A DNA stretch of 64,000 bases, taken from positions 64,001-128,000 of IMG/VR virus record IMGVR_UViG_3300043409_001462. The stretch is one strand, 5' to 3'. Within the stretch, counting starts at the first letter, position 1. The number at the start of each line of letters is the position of its first letter. Of this stretch, positions 1 through 10,354 are shown one piece after another. The DNA comes from a virus. Below the pieces are notes generated by a model. That model had not been told where the DNA came from, did no database searches, and saw only the letters and a program-made list of their open reading frames with translations. The translations under genes and the position numbers were made by a program.

Positions 1-717
1 TTAACAACATTTACTGTTGGATTAACATACTATATCACTGTTGGTGCTGGTGGTGCTTCCACAAATCTTCTCGGCAACAACGGTGCAAATTCTCAAGTAG
101 TAAACTTTTCAACTTTTTCAATAGTAGCAATTGGTGGTGGTGGTGGCGGAGGATCAACCAATGCTGCTACTGTAAATGGTCAAAGTGGTGGATCTGGTGG
201 TGGCGGCGGAAATAACAGCGGAGCAAATGCGCCTGGTGGTTCAGGTACATCTGGTCAGGGATATGCAGGAGGAACGCTTAGTGGCTATGCTGCTCCAAAC
301 TATCCAGGTGCTGGTGGCGGGGGAGCAGGTGCAGTTGGTACATCAGTTACTAGTGCTACAGTAGGTGGTAATGGTGGTGCTGGAATATCATCATCTATCA
401 CTGGAACATCAATAACATATGCAGGTGGCGGAGGTGGTTCAACATATAATGGAGGAACTCCTGGCACGGGTGGCTCTGGTGGTGGAGGTGCTGGCGCAAC
501 TGGCGCTACTGCAGGAACTGCAGGAACAGTTAATACAGGTGGAGGTGGAGGAGGAGCTGCACAAGGATCCTATTCTGGTGCTGGTGGTTCAGGTGTTGTT
601 ATACTCTCAATACCAACAGCAAACTATACTGGAACAACAACTGGATCACCAACTATAACGACAAACGGAATATACACCGTATTGAAATTCACAGCATCTG
701 GCACATATACAGCTTAA
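1..717 (+). CDS. Glycine-rich virion/fibre protein, 5' truncated
   Basis: Frame-1 ORF open from window start (LTTFTVGLTYYITVGAGG...) to TAA at 715-717; GGGGG/GGSG repeats; C-terminus near-identical to that of the next ORF. Confidence 0.8.
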   Translation, partial: LTTFTVGLTYYITVGAGGASTNLLGNNGANSQVVNFSTFSIVAIGGGGGGGSTNAATVNGQSGGSGGGGGNNSGANAPGGSGTSGQGYAGGTLSGYAAPNYPGAGGGGAGAVGTSVTSATVGGNGGAGISSSITGTSITYAGGGGGSTYNGGTPGTGGSGGGGAGATGATAGTAGTVNTGGGGGGAAQGSYSGAGGSGVVILSIPTANYTGTTTGSPTITTNGIYTVLKFTASGTYTA

Positions 718-726
718 GGGTAAATT

Positions 727-2967
727 ATGGCATACAATCAACAATTATCAGTATTAAGTCAGGTTGCTCCAGCTACCACAGGAACAGCTGGTCAGGTGTT
801 AGTTTCAGCGGGTAGTAGCGCAAGTTCATATTGGGCAAGTGCAATACCAGTGAGTGCATATAGTGCTCAGTTTATTGCAAGCACAACAGGGTTAAGTGTC
901 GCTTCAAATGCAGCTTTTGGGTTTGGTACTGGTAATTTTACTGTTGAATTCTGGATGCATATAACTGCAAACCCTGGCACTACTGCAAGTATAATGCACG
1001 GTACTGCTTCGAGTGCGTTCATTATAAATTTCAGTTCAGCTGGAAGAATAATTGTAAGATCGTATGGAATAATTGATTTATTAACTGCTTCTACTTCAGT
1101 CAACTTAAATGCTTGGAATCACATAGCTGTTACACGAAGCGGAACAACTTTAACTATATGGTTAAATGGAGTAAGCGCAGGAACAGTAACAGATTCTACT
1201 TCATTTGCAACTACTGGGCTTTATATTGGAAGAGAAGATTCTGGAGTAAGCTCATATTATTATAATGGATATATATCAAATTTTCGCATCGTAAAAGGTG
1301 TTGCAGTATACACAGGCGCATTCACGCCACCAACAAGCCCACTAGGAACAGCACAAGCTGCTGGAACTAATATAGCAGCCGTAACACCTTCGCAAGTTAG
1401 TTTATTAACTTGTAACGGACCTGGATTTAAAGACTCGTCATCAAATGCATTCGCTATAACTAATATTGGTAATGTCATAGCATCCCAATTTGCTCCATTC
1501 TCATCATTCTCTGCAATAGCAAGATCAGCAACACAAACACAAACAATACTAACATCTGGTTCTGGAACATATTATACACCATCAGGTGTTGCTTGGTTGC
1601 GTATTCGTATGGTTGGTGGTGGAGGTGGTGGCGCAGGTGGTGGTGGTTCTGGTACTGATGGTAGTGTTGGCGCTAATACAACCTTTGGTTCATCGTTTTT
1701 AGTTGCTGGTGGAGGCAGTAATGGTATAAAATCCAATGGCCCTGGTGGTGCTGGCGGTACATCTTCTATTGGTTCAGGAGCAACTGGTGCATCTATATCT
1801 GGCGGTTCAGGCGAAGGTGGTGGATATGGCGTTTACGCAAAAGGTGGGGATGGTGGTTCTTCAGCTTTTGGTGGAAGTGGTCTTGGTGGTCGGCATGGTG
1901 CGTCTATTAATAGCGGTGCTGCTGGAGCAACAAATAGCGGCGCTGGTGGTGGTGGTGGTAATATCAATAATGCTTCGAATGATAGTGCTGGCTCTGGTGG
2001 CGGCGCTGGCGGATATGTTGAAGCATATGTATCAAATCCTGCAGCATCTTATGCATATACTGTAGGAGCAGCTGGTGCTGGTGGTGCTGGTGCTGGACAG
2101 GGTGCTGCTGGTGGCGGTGGTGGTTCTGGCATCATTATTGTTGAAGAGAATTATGCTGTAAACGCATCAAGTACTGGCGTTTATCCTGCAACTTATTTAA
2201 TTGTTGCTGGTGGCGCTGGTGGTTATGGTAACTGGGGCGGTGGAGGAGGCGCAGGCGGAGTAATCACTGGTGACACTACATTTGTTGCAGGAACAACATA
2301 TACTATGACAGTTGGTGCTGGCGGTGCAGCAGCTACTGATGGCGTGAATTCATATATTAATAATCTTGGTGTTCAAGCATATGGTGGTGGAACAGGACGA
2401 GGTGCTTTAGGTGGTAATGGTTCAAATGGTGGTTCTGGCGGTGGAGCTGGTGGGAACCAATCCGGTGCTACTACAAACGGTGGTTCCGGAATATCAGGAC
2501 AAGGGTCGAATGGTGGAGGTGCTATTGCTAACGTAAATCCAGGTGCTGGTGGAGGCGGTGGTGCAGCATATCCTGGAGTTCAATCAACTGGTACGGTTGC
2601 AGGAAATGGTGGTTCTGGTATATTAAATACAATTACAGGCTCATCTGTAACTTATGCTGGTGGAGGTGGAGGTGGCAACGGCGCTGGTCAAACAGCTGGA
2701 ACAGGCGGCGCAGGTGGTGGAGGAAATGGTGCCACAGCAACAGGAGGTTCTGTAGTCAACGGAACAGCTGGCACCGCTAACTTAGGTGGTGGTGGTGGTG
2801 GTGGTTCAACTAATGGCGGGTTAGGTGGCGCTGGTGGTTCTGGCGTTATCATCATATCAATTCCTTCTGCTAACTATACAGGTATAACATCAGGTTCACC
2901 AACAGTAACAACTAACGGCAATTACAAAGTATTAACATTCACAGCATCAGGCTCTTATACAGCCTAA
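727..2967 (+). CDS. Glycine-rich fibre-like protein with LamG/concanavalin-like domain
   Basis: FTVEFW, WNHIAVTRSG and YISNFRIVKG LamG-like motifs followed by two Gly-rich domains. Confidence 0.75.
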   Translation: MAYNQQLSVLSQVAPATTGTAGQVLVSAGSSASSYWASAIPVSAYSAQFIASTTGLSVASNAAFGFGTGNFTVEFWMHITANPGTTASIMHGTASSAFIINFSSAGRIIVRSYGIIDLLTASTSVNLNAWNHIAVTRSGTTLTIWLNGVSAGTVTDSTSFATTGLYIGREDSGVSSYYYNGYISNFRIVKGVAVYTGAFTPPTSPLGTAQAAGTNIAAVTPSQVSLLTCNGPGFKDSSSNAFAITNIGNVIASQFAPFSSFSAIARSATQTQTILTSGSGTYYTPSGVAWLRIRMVGGGGGGAGGGGSGTDGSVGANTTFGSSFLVAGGGSNGIKSNGPGGAGGTSSIGSGATGASISGGSGEGGGYGVYAKGGDGGSSAFGGSGLGGRHGASINSGAAGATNSGAGGGGGNINNASNDSAGSGGGAGGYVEAYVSNPAASYAYTVGAAGAGGAGAGQGAAGGGGGSGIIIVEENYAVNASSTGVYPATYLIVAGGAGGYGNWGGGGGAGGVITGDTTFVAGTTYTMTVGAGGAAATDGVNSYINNLGVQAYGGGTGRGALGGNGSNGGSGGGAGGNQSGATTNGGSGISGQGSNGGGAIANVNPGAGGGGGAAYPGVQSTGTVAGNGGSGILNTITGSSVTYAGGGGGGNGAGQTAGTGGAGGGGNGATATGGSVVNGTAGTANLGGGGGGGSTNGGLGGAGGSGVIIISIPSANYTGITSGSPTVTTNGNYKVLTFTASGSYTA

Positions 2968-2987
2968 TAACTAAGGAGAACTAAACA

Positions 2988-3368
2988 ATGGGGCATTTTG
3001 CAAAAGTAGTAGACGGAAAAGTATCACAGGTAATTGTTGCGGAGCCAGACTTCTTCGACACATTTGTTGATTCATCACCTGGTCAGTGGATTCAAACTTC
3101 ATATAATACAAGAGGTAATGTTCACTATGCACCAAACTCAAATGAGCCAGATGGTGAACCAGCACTAAGAGGCAACTATGCTGGTATTGGATACACATAC
3201 GATGCAGTCAATGATGTGTTTTACCCAGAAAAACCATACAACAGTTGGACGCTTTCAGAAACAACATGGTCTTGGGAAGCACCTGTTGCTTATCCAGACG
3301 ATGGTAAGTATTATACTTGGAACGAAGAAACTACAGCTTGGGTAGAAGTAACAGTTCCCGAAGCATAA
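2988..3368 (+). CDS. Hypothetical protein associated with Gly-rich fibre genes
   Basis: AAGGAG RBS; WIQTSYN / NYAGIGYTYD / W.APVAYP motifs typical of small phage proteins next to Gly-rich genes. Confidence 0.65.
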   Translation: MGHFAKVVDGKVSQVIVAEPDFFDTFVDSSPGQWIQTSYNTRGNVHYAPNSNEPDGEPALRGNYAGIGYTYDAVNDVFYPEKPYNSWTLSETTWSWEAPVAYPDDGKYYTWNEETTAWVEVTVPEA

Positions 3369-3403
3369 ATATAATAAAAACAATAAACAGGGGATAGTGA
3401 ACC

Positions 3404-5647
3404 ATGGCAGATAAAGATTTCGTAGTTAAGAACGGTCTAGTAGTTAACACAAACTTTTCTACCAATGGTTCACAAATTACTCTCAGTACGATTAACTCTA
3501 CATCAAACGGTTTTCTTGCGACTTCAACAACTGTAACTGTTGGTAATTCTACAGTCAACAGCACAATTAATGCTAGTTCATTTACAGGCAAATCAGCTGA
3601 CTCTGATAAACTTGGTGGTGTTTTAGCTAGTGGATATCTTACTACATCAGGAGTTGCAGCCGATTCTACTAGACTTGGTGGTGTTATATCATCAGCTTAC
3701 GTCAACAGCACAGGTACTTACACTATTTCTGGCGTTCATACTCATAGCGCTAATATCGTAATTACAAATCCAGCTGGTATTTCTGCCAACAATTCATATG
3801 GCACCGCAGGTCAGTTTCTTACAACAAACGGAACAAGTACTTACTGGTCTTCTCAAAGATTATCAGCCAACAGTAATGGTGGTACTGGTGCTATTCAGTT
3901 AAATGATGCTGGTAATCTTGGATCTAATTCTAGTTTTCTTTATAACCAAACTACCAACACCATATCGATCGGTAATACTTCTGTAAGCGCCACTATCAAT
4001 TCTACTGTATATTCTGGTACATCTAACAACACTCTTTATCTTGGTGGAGTTACAGCTTCATCTTATACTAATTCTATTAATTTAACTGATAACCTTGCAA
4101 GATATACCACATCAAGTGCTTTGACAACAATATTAAGTGGTTATTTAACAACTACTGGAACAGCAGCAGATTCATCTAAACTTGGTAATGTTCTTGCAGC
4201 AAATTACGTTGCTAATAGCGGTAACTATACTATTGGTGGTGTATTAACTTTCATTAATTCATCTATTCATACTGGTAACGTAACAATCTCTAATAGTGTT
4301 ACTGCAAATGGTTCAGAAGGATCTGCAGGTCAGGTATTAACTTCTGGTGGTGCTAACAAAAACGTTTATTGGTCAGCTGCAATAAATGTTGCTTCTCAGT
4401 ACGCTTGGACTAACACTCATTCATTTTCAAACGTTGTTACGTTTAATGGTAATGCTGTATTTGCAAATGCTATCTCTGCTAATGGTGGATATGGTACGCT
4501 AGGACAGCAATTAATTTCTGGTGGTACTGGAGCTAACGCTTATTGGGGATTTGCTCCTGGCGCTAACACAGCTGGTGGTGGTGGAGCTGTTCAATTTTGG
4601 AATGGTGCAACGTTTGGTTCTGCATCAGGTCTAACATTTGCTTTGACAGGTAATAATTTATCTGTTGCTAATAGCATTAGTATTGGTGGCGTATCTATTA
4701 ACTCTACTTCTTATGGTGGTAAATCTGCTGACTCTGATAAACTGGGTGGTACATTAGCAGCTTCTTATGCGTTGAAAGCTGACGTTCATTTTATTGGTAC
4801 TACTTCTGTGGCACTCAATAGAGCTAGTGCTTCATTAAATTTAGCTGGTGTTAACATCGATGGTACAGCTGCTACTATAACTGGAGTGTATGCTGGTACA
4901 TTAACATCTTCTCAAATTACAACAGCTTTAACTTATACACCATATAATGCTACCAATCCAGCTGGTTATACTACCAATTTAGGAACTGTAACTGGTGTTA
5001 CTGCATCTGTACCTCTTTCATCAACAGGTGGAGCCACACCACAAATATCTATAACTCAAGCTGGTATCGCAACTAGTGGATTTTTATCTTCTACAGATTG
5101 GAATACTTTTAATAATAAACAAGCTGCATTACCAGCCGCTACTAGTTCTGTTTCTGGTTATCTTTCATCAACTGATTGGTCTACATTCAATAGTAAAGCT
5201 CCTACGACTACAGCTTCTGCTTCAGTTACAGGTTTACTTTCATCAACTGATTGGTCTACATTCAATAGTAAAGCTCCTTTAGCATCACCAACTTTTACTG
5301 GTACTGTAACTACTTCAAATGTAAAATTTAATAGTGCGTATTCAGCTAATGTTATATCTAGTAGTACTTCTATTAATTGTGGTTTAGGAAATTATTTCAC
5401 TGTTACTGGAGGCTCAGGAACATTTACATTCTCATTTAGTTCGGTTCCTTCTAGTGGTAATTTATATACTATGGCAATTAAAATGGTTAACAGTGGTGTA
5501 GCTCCTACAATTGTATGGCCGAACACTGTAAGATGGCCATCCGCATCTGCACCTGCAACTTCTTCTAATACTGATATTTGGGTATTTTTAACTGATGATG
5601 GTGGTTCAAATTGGCGTGGTAATTTAGCTATGAAGGATAGTAGATAA
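3404..5647 (+). CDS. Tail fibre-like structural protein
   Basis: N-terminal DFVVKNGL; S/T/N/G-rich; ADSxxLG repeats and GxLSSTDWxTFNxK repeats. Confidence 0.7.
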   Translation: MADKDFVVKNGLVVNTNFSTNGSQITLSTINSTSNGFLATSTTVTVGNSTVNSTINASSFTGKSADSDKLGGVLASGYLTTSGVAADSTRLGGVISSAYVNSTGTYTISGVHTHSANIVITNPAGISANNSYGTAGQFLTTNGTSTYWSSQRLSANSNGGTGAIQLNDAGNLGSNSSFLYNQTTNTISIGNTSVSATINSTVYSGTSNNTLYLGGVTASSYTNSINLTDNLARYTTSSALTTILSGYLTTTGTAADSSKLGNVLAANYVANSGNYTIGGVLTFINSSIHTGNVTISNSVTANGSEGSAGQVLTSGGANKNVYWSAAINVASQYAWTNTHSFSNVVTFNGNAVFANAISANGGYGTLGQQLISGGTGANAYWGFAPGANTAGGGGAVQFWNGATFGSASGLTFALTGNNLSVANSISIGGVSINSTSYGGKSADSDKLGGTLAASYALKADVHFIGTTSVALNRASASLNLAGVNIDGTAATITGVYAGTLTSSQITTALTYTPYNATNPAGYTTNLGTVTGVTASVPLSSTGGATPQISITQAGIATSGFLSSTDWNTFNNKQAALPAATSSVSGYLSSTDWSTFNSKAPTTTASASVTGLLSSTDWSTFNSKAPLASPTFTGTVTTSNVKFNSAYSANVISSSTSINCGLGNYFTVTGGSGTFTFSFSSVPSSGNLYTMAIKMVNSGVAPTIVWPNTVRWPSASAPATSSNTDIWVFLTDDGGSNWRGNLAMKDSR
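5162..5278 (+). repeat. 42-bp direct repeat within fibre gene (5162-5203, 5237-5278)
   Basis: CTTTCATCAACTGATTGGTCTACATTCAATAGTAAAGCTCCT occurs twice, 75 nt apart. Confidence 0.85.
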
Positions 5648-7695
5648 TGGCATTATTAGATTTATTATTGATGGGTGGTGGTGGTGTTTCCGTTACTTAC
5701 CCAGCAACAGTAACCAATGGTACTCCTTTTACATGGAGAATTGTAAATGGTAAACCTAATGAAGGATGGTGGGGGACCACATCTGGAGCTTTCGTAACAA
5801 CTTTCGGTTCTCAAGCAGCTCCATTTGCATATCTTGATAGTTCTGGAAATGCTACTTACACCAATGGTGATTTTTCTCCGAATTTTGGAACTATAACATT
5901 AACAATTAATTTTCAATCTGGTTCAGTTATTACTAAAACTGTCACAATTTCGAAAGGGGCGACACCAACTGTTACTATGCCAACAGAACAAGACGTTGGA
6001 ACCCCTTTCGATTGGACAATATCTAATGGTAAACCAGATATGTCTTATATTGTAAGATCAACTAACACTTATGCTGGTACTGAAGGAAATTGGGGAACTC
6101 AATTAATTCCATCTACAGGTATTTCAAATATACAAATACTTGACGCTTATGGAAACGCTACAAATAGAATATATAGAACTCCTTCAACGGTTATAAATCC
6201 GTTTGGTTATGGGTGGGATTATGGTACACCAAATGTAGGTAGAACTATAACATTAACATTTACTTTTTCTAACGGCACTTCAGTTACAAAAAATATATAT
6301 GTTTCAGAACCAAGAGTAGCTTTCACATCAAATATATTTTCAGTTGCAGCCGCTACTTATTCTAAAGATTATTATTGGATAATTGCTGGATGTGGTTCTG
6401 GTAAATTATTAGTGTCTACAGATAGAGGTACAAAATTTTATCAAAAAATATTTGCTTATAGAGTTAATGGTGTTTTAACACAAAGAACCGATGTAAATAT
6501 TTTAAATATTAGATATTTTCCAAAATGGGGAACGAACGCAACTGGAATTTGGGTCGCTGCTACTTCTATCGGGTGTTTTTATGGATATACTACATTATGG
6601 TCCAATTCTAATGGGACAGGATTTAATGCTGATACATTTTCATGGATGGAATGGATTCCTTTAACTGATTTGAATAATATATTGACTAATTATTGTGCAG
6701 ATGCAATTTACTGGGATCAGGCTGGTGCAATTTATGCAATAAATGGTGGAATTTGTGCGAGATATGGTTTTTTTGGAGCTGAAATAGGCGTATCAAGAGC
6801 AGCTGCTTTTTCTAAAAGCACAATAACTTATTATAATAGCACAACTTCTACTGAAACAGTAACAAATAATTATATACCTGCAGGTAATTTTACAACAATT
6901 TACGCTCCACCTAATCCATCATCTGTTGCTAGAAGTGCACTTTTGATTGGTGCTAGTGATGGAGAAGTTTATCATTTAGTAGCGGATCCTTATTTAGGGT
7001 CTAATTATCCTTCGTATACAAATAAACCAACTACTAGTGGTTTAGAATTTAGAGGTTATGGAAAAGTTAATGCTTATGACGCACATGCGCAAGTAACTGG
7101 CCCTCGATTTATTAAGAAAATAACATCTACTTATACTGGTACTGGTTCAAGCAGCTTAGACTATAGTTATATGGCTTTGACGCAATACAATATAGCAATA
7201 CCATTTATTTTTTCGTCTACTATTACAAATCATTCTATTCCTAGAACTTGGCAGGATGATCCTTCTACTTTTTATAAATATTATTGGCAAGCTGGATTAA
7301 CTAATGTGCCAACTGTTGGTGTAGCAGGAACAGGTGCTTTCATCGTACAAAAAACATCAGATAGCACTCAAATAGAAACAGCAAGTGGATTTAAATTCAC
7401 ACCACTTATAGGTGGGGATGGATCTGGAAGAATATATAAATTTGGTACAATACCATTTTATAGTGCTACAAATGGCATTTCATCCTCCAAAGATGCAGCA
7501 CTAGCAAATTATGGAATTTTGGCTTGTTGTTCTGTTCCAATAACTGTTTCTGGATATACTGATGCATTTGCTAATATATATGTTGGGTCTATGGGTACAA
7601 TTCAAAAAGAAATTGTATATAATAATAACAGTCAACTGAGTAATGCAATAATAAATAATGGTGGAACAATAAAAAACGTTTACACTCAAGTATAA
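5647..7695 (+). CDS. Putative virion/receptor-binding protein
   Basis: Overlaps stop of upstream fibre gene; two internal repeats (TPFxWxIxNGKP...TITLT); beta-rich composition. Confidence 0.55.
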   Translation: MALLDLLLMGGGGVSVTYPATVTNGTPFTWRIVNGKPNEGWWGTTSGAFVTTFGSQAAPFAYLDSSGNATYTNGDFSPNFGTITLTINFQSGSVITKTVTISKGATPTVTMPTEQDVGTPFDWTISNGKPDMSYIVRSTNTYAGTEGNWGTQLIPSTGISNIQILDAYGNATNRIYRTPSTVINPFGYGWDYGTPNVGRTITLTFTFSNGTSVTKNIYVSEPRVAFTSNIFSVAAATYSKDYYWIIAGCGSGKLLVSTDRGTKFYQKIFAYRVNGVLTQRTDVNILNIRYFPKWGTNATGIWVAATSIGCFYGYTTLWSNSNGTGFNADTFSWMEWIPLTDLNNILTNYCADAIYWDQAGAIYAINGGICARYGFFGAEIGVSRAAAFSKSTITYYNSTTSTETVTNNYIPAGNFTTIYAPPNPSSVARSALLIGASDGEVYHLVADPYLGSNYPSYTNKPTTSGLEFRGYGKVNAYDAHAQVTGPRFIKKITSTYTGTGSSSLDYSYMALTQYNIAIPFIFSSTITNHSIPRTWQDDPSTFYKYYWQAGLTNVPTVGVAGTGAFIVQKTSDSTQIETASGFKFTPLIGGDGSGRIYKFGTIPFYSATNGISSSKDAALANYGILACCSVPITVSGYTDAFANIYVGSMGTIQKEIVYNNNSQLSNAIINNGGTIKNVYTQV

Positions 7696-7707
7696 TTAGG
7701 ATTTGAA

Positions 7708-8301
7708 ATGTCAGAAACAATGAAAAATCTTTTTGCAATCGTTGTAAAAAACGAAATAGTAGAATATCCTGTAAATCCTATGTTCAAATTACCTAATGTA
7801 TCTTTTGATACAAACTGGGAAGGTGGAATTATTCAAGATTTAAATTTTGTTAAGATTAACAGAGTTGATAAGCCATCTTGTAATTTAGGTTGGGATGCTT
7901 TTGAACAACTACCAACATATATCTCAACTACTAGATCATGGAGCCAAAATTGGAAAATCGAATACATTGGTAAATATGCTTTAAAATCTTGGATTTCAAA
8001 TATTAGATATTTAAAAGAAACAAATGGTGTGTTGATTGATAATGTTGCATATAGTACAGATCGTAATTCTCAAAATAAATATTCTACTTTAGCATTAAAC
8101 AATACGAAAACATATTGGAAAATAAATGCTACGGATTTCGTTTATACAGATATGAAAATAATTGACGAAAAAGTTAGAAATTATGTCCATGAATGTTTCG
8201 AAATTGAACGTAAATTTTTTGAAATAATTGATAGCGAAGATATGGATCTTATAGAAAATACAGATTTTGAATCTGGATGGCCAGATAATAATATCGGTTA
8301 G
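7708..8301 (+). CDS. DUF4376-like tail fibre-associated protein
   Basis: RYLKETNGV...STDRNSQ...W motif; position after fibre genes. Confidence 0.55.
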   Translation: MSETMKNLFAIVVKNEIVEYPVNPMFKLPNVSFDTNWEGGIIQDLNFVKINRVDKPSCNLGWDAFEQLPTYISTTRSWSQNWKIEYIGKYALKSWISNIRYLKETNGVLIDNVAYSTDRNSQNKYSTLALNNTKTYWKINATDFVYTDMKIIDEKVRNYVHECFEIERKFFEIIDSEDMDLIENTDFESGWPDNNIG

Positions 8302-8309
8302 GAATAAAA

Positions 8310-9050
8310 ATGGCAGTTCCAGCATCAAGAGAAAATTTCAAAGAGTACTGCCTACGTAAGCTAGGTAAACCTGTCATTGAAATCAACGTAGACGACGATC
8401 AGGTCGACGATCGTATCGATGAAGCTTTGCTCTATTACGCTGATTATCATTTCGATGGAACTGAAAAACAGTATTACAAATATCAGGTAAATCAAACTGA
8501 TATAGACAACAAGTATATTACTCTACCAGAAAATATCATTGGCGCTGTAAATATTTTCCCAGTAGGGCAGGGATTAAATACTAATAACCTTTTCAACATC
8601 CGTTATCAAATCGCATTAAACGATCTTTATACTCTTACATCGGTATCGATGGTGCCATACTACATGGCTCTTACCCATGTTCAATTTCTTGAACAGATGC
8701 TTGTTGGTCAGCAGCAGTTAAGATACAATCGTCATACGAACAAATTTCATGTCGATATGGATTGGAATATTATTAACGTTGGCGAACATCTAATTATCGA
8801 AGCATATCAAGTTGTTGATCCTAATACGTACACTAACGTATGGGGCGATCGTTGGTTAGCTCGTTATACTACTGCTATAATTAAACAGCAGTGGGGAACA
8901 AACATGAAGAAATTTCAAGGTATGCAGTTACCAGGCGGATTAACATTTAACGGTCAGCAAATTTATAATGAAGCTACTGAAGAACGTAAAGAGTTAGAAA
9001 ATGAAATGATCACAAGTTATAGCCTACCAGTTACAGATATGATAGGATAA
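8310..9050 (+). CDS. gp13: T4-like neck protein gp13
   Basis: YCLRKLGKPVIEINVDDDQ...QQWGTN..KF...LPGG.TFNG; synteny. Confidence 0.92.
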   Translation: MAVPASRENFKEYCLRKLGKPVIEINVDDDQVDDRIDEALLYYADYHFDGTEKQYYKYQVNQTDIDNKYITLPENIIGAVNIFPVGQGLNTNNLFNIRYQIALNDLYTLTSVSMVPYYMALTHVQFLEQMLVGQQQLRYNRHTNKFHVDMDWNIINVGEHLIIEAYQVVDPNTYTNVWGDRWLARYTTAIIKQQWGTNMKKFQGMQLPGGLTFNGQQIYNEATEERKELENEMITSYSLPVTDMIG

Positions 9051-9053
9051 GCT

Positions 9054-9611
9054 ATGTTATCATTTAATTTATTTAATCGTTTAGACGAAGATATAAAAAA
9101 AGCATTAGGGTTTGCACGTAGAGCTCATGCTGGACAAACAAGATCAGACAACACACCTTATATTCGTCATCCTGAAAGAGTTGCTGCTACTGTTAAAAAA
9201 TTTAAAAAGTCTCATAATATTGATGCTATCATAAGCGCTGCATATCTTCATGACACTATTGAAGACACTAATACTACTAAAAAAGATTTAGAAAAAATGT
9301 TTGGCGCTCTTGTTGCATCTTTAGTTCAGGATCTTACTTCTGATAAAGAAAAAATATCAAAAGTTGGTAAAACAGAATATCTATCTCAAAAAATGAAAAA
9401 AATGTCTAGTTATGGATTGGTTGTGAAGCTAGCAGATAGATTAGATAACGTACAAGATATCAAGTCAGCAAAAAATGCTGCATGGCGTAATAAATATAAA
9501 AAAGAAACTCTTGATATTTTAAATTTCATAGAAAAAGAAAGACTATTGTCAAATACTCATATGAAAATAATCACAGAAATACGCCGTAAGTTGGCTGAAC
9601 TGGACCACTAA
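9054..9611 (+). CDS. HD-domain small alarmone ((p)ppGpp) hydrolase, Mesh1/SAH-like
   Basis: AHAGQTR..PYIRHP, LHDTIEDT and VKLADRLDN motifs of the RelA/SpoT hydrolase domain. Confidence 0.85.
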   Translation: MLSFNLFNRLDEDIKKALGFARRAHAGQTRSDNTPYIRHPERVAATVKKFKKSHNIDAIISAAYLHDTIEDTNTTKKDLEKMFGALVASLVQDLTSDKEKISKVGKTEYLSQKMKKMSSYGLVVKLADRLDNVQDIKSAKNAAWRNKYKKETLDILNFIEKERLLSNTHMKIITEIRRKLAELDH

Positions 9612-10354
9612 TGGCAACCAATTTTTTCTTCAATAATTTTCAATCATCTCAAGAGCAGCTGCTACTCGAGAACCTAATTATTGAAGCTATCAAAATATAT
9701 GGCGAAGACATGCTTTATCTCCCACGTAAGCTGGGAAATTTTGATCAGCTATACACTGCTGACGATCAAACCATTTATGATAAAGCTTATCCAGTAGAAA
9801 TGTATATCAAGTCAGTAAATGGGTTTACAGGCGATGGTAACTTTATGTCTAAGTTTGGTCTTGAAATTAGAGACCAGGTTACATTTTCTGTTGCTCAAAG
9901 AGTTTGGCTTGAGGAAATTGGCACAATTACCAATTATACTCGCCCAAATGAAGGCGACGTAATTTACTTTCCATTAAACAAGAAATGCTTTCAAATTAAA
10001 TCAGTAAGCAAGCTTGAAATGTTCTATCAGTTAGGTGCTCTTCAAACTTGGGAATTAACTTGTGAGTTATTCGAATATAGTAACGAACAGTTTAATACTG
10101 GTATACCAGAAATAGATATTATTCAAACTAAATTTTCAACTAACATTCTTGACTATTCAATAACAGATGAAGACGGAATGTATCTAATGGATGAAAATAG
10201 TGATTTTATTACTAGCGAAAAGTATGATTTAGAAACTATCGTCCCAGGCGCGCAAAATAATACTTTAGAGGATGGTACTGTTAATTTCCCAATAGGATCG
10301 AACGACTTTATTGATTTTAGTGTTATTGATCCATTTAGTGAGGGACATATCTAA
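9611..10354 (+). CDS. gp14: T4-like neck protein gp14
   Basis: EAIKIYG..YLPR, SKFGLEIRD, RPNEGD.IYFP, CELFEYSNE motifs; synteny. Confidence 0.92.
   Translation: MATNFFFNNFQSSQEQLLLENLIIEAIKIYGEDMLYLPRKLGNFDQLYTADDQTIYDKAYPVEMYIKSVNGFTGDGNFMSKFGLEIRDQVTFSVAQRVWLEEIGTITNYTRPNEGDVIYFPLNKKCFQIKSVSKLEMFYQLGALQTWELTCELFEYSNEQFNTGIPEIDIIQTKFSTNILDYSITDEDGMYLMDENSDFITSEKYDLETIVPGAQNNTLEDGTVNFPIGSNDFIDFSVIDPFSEGHI

Noticed and set aside
176-2065. Alternate-frame ORFs 176-364, 419-658, 1736-2065 and minus-strand ORFs here
   Set aside because: Shadow frames of the GGT-rich glycine coding sequence
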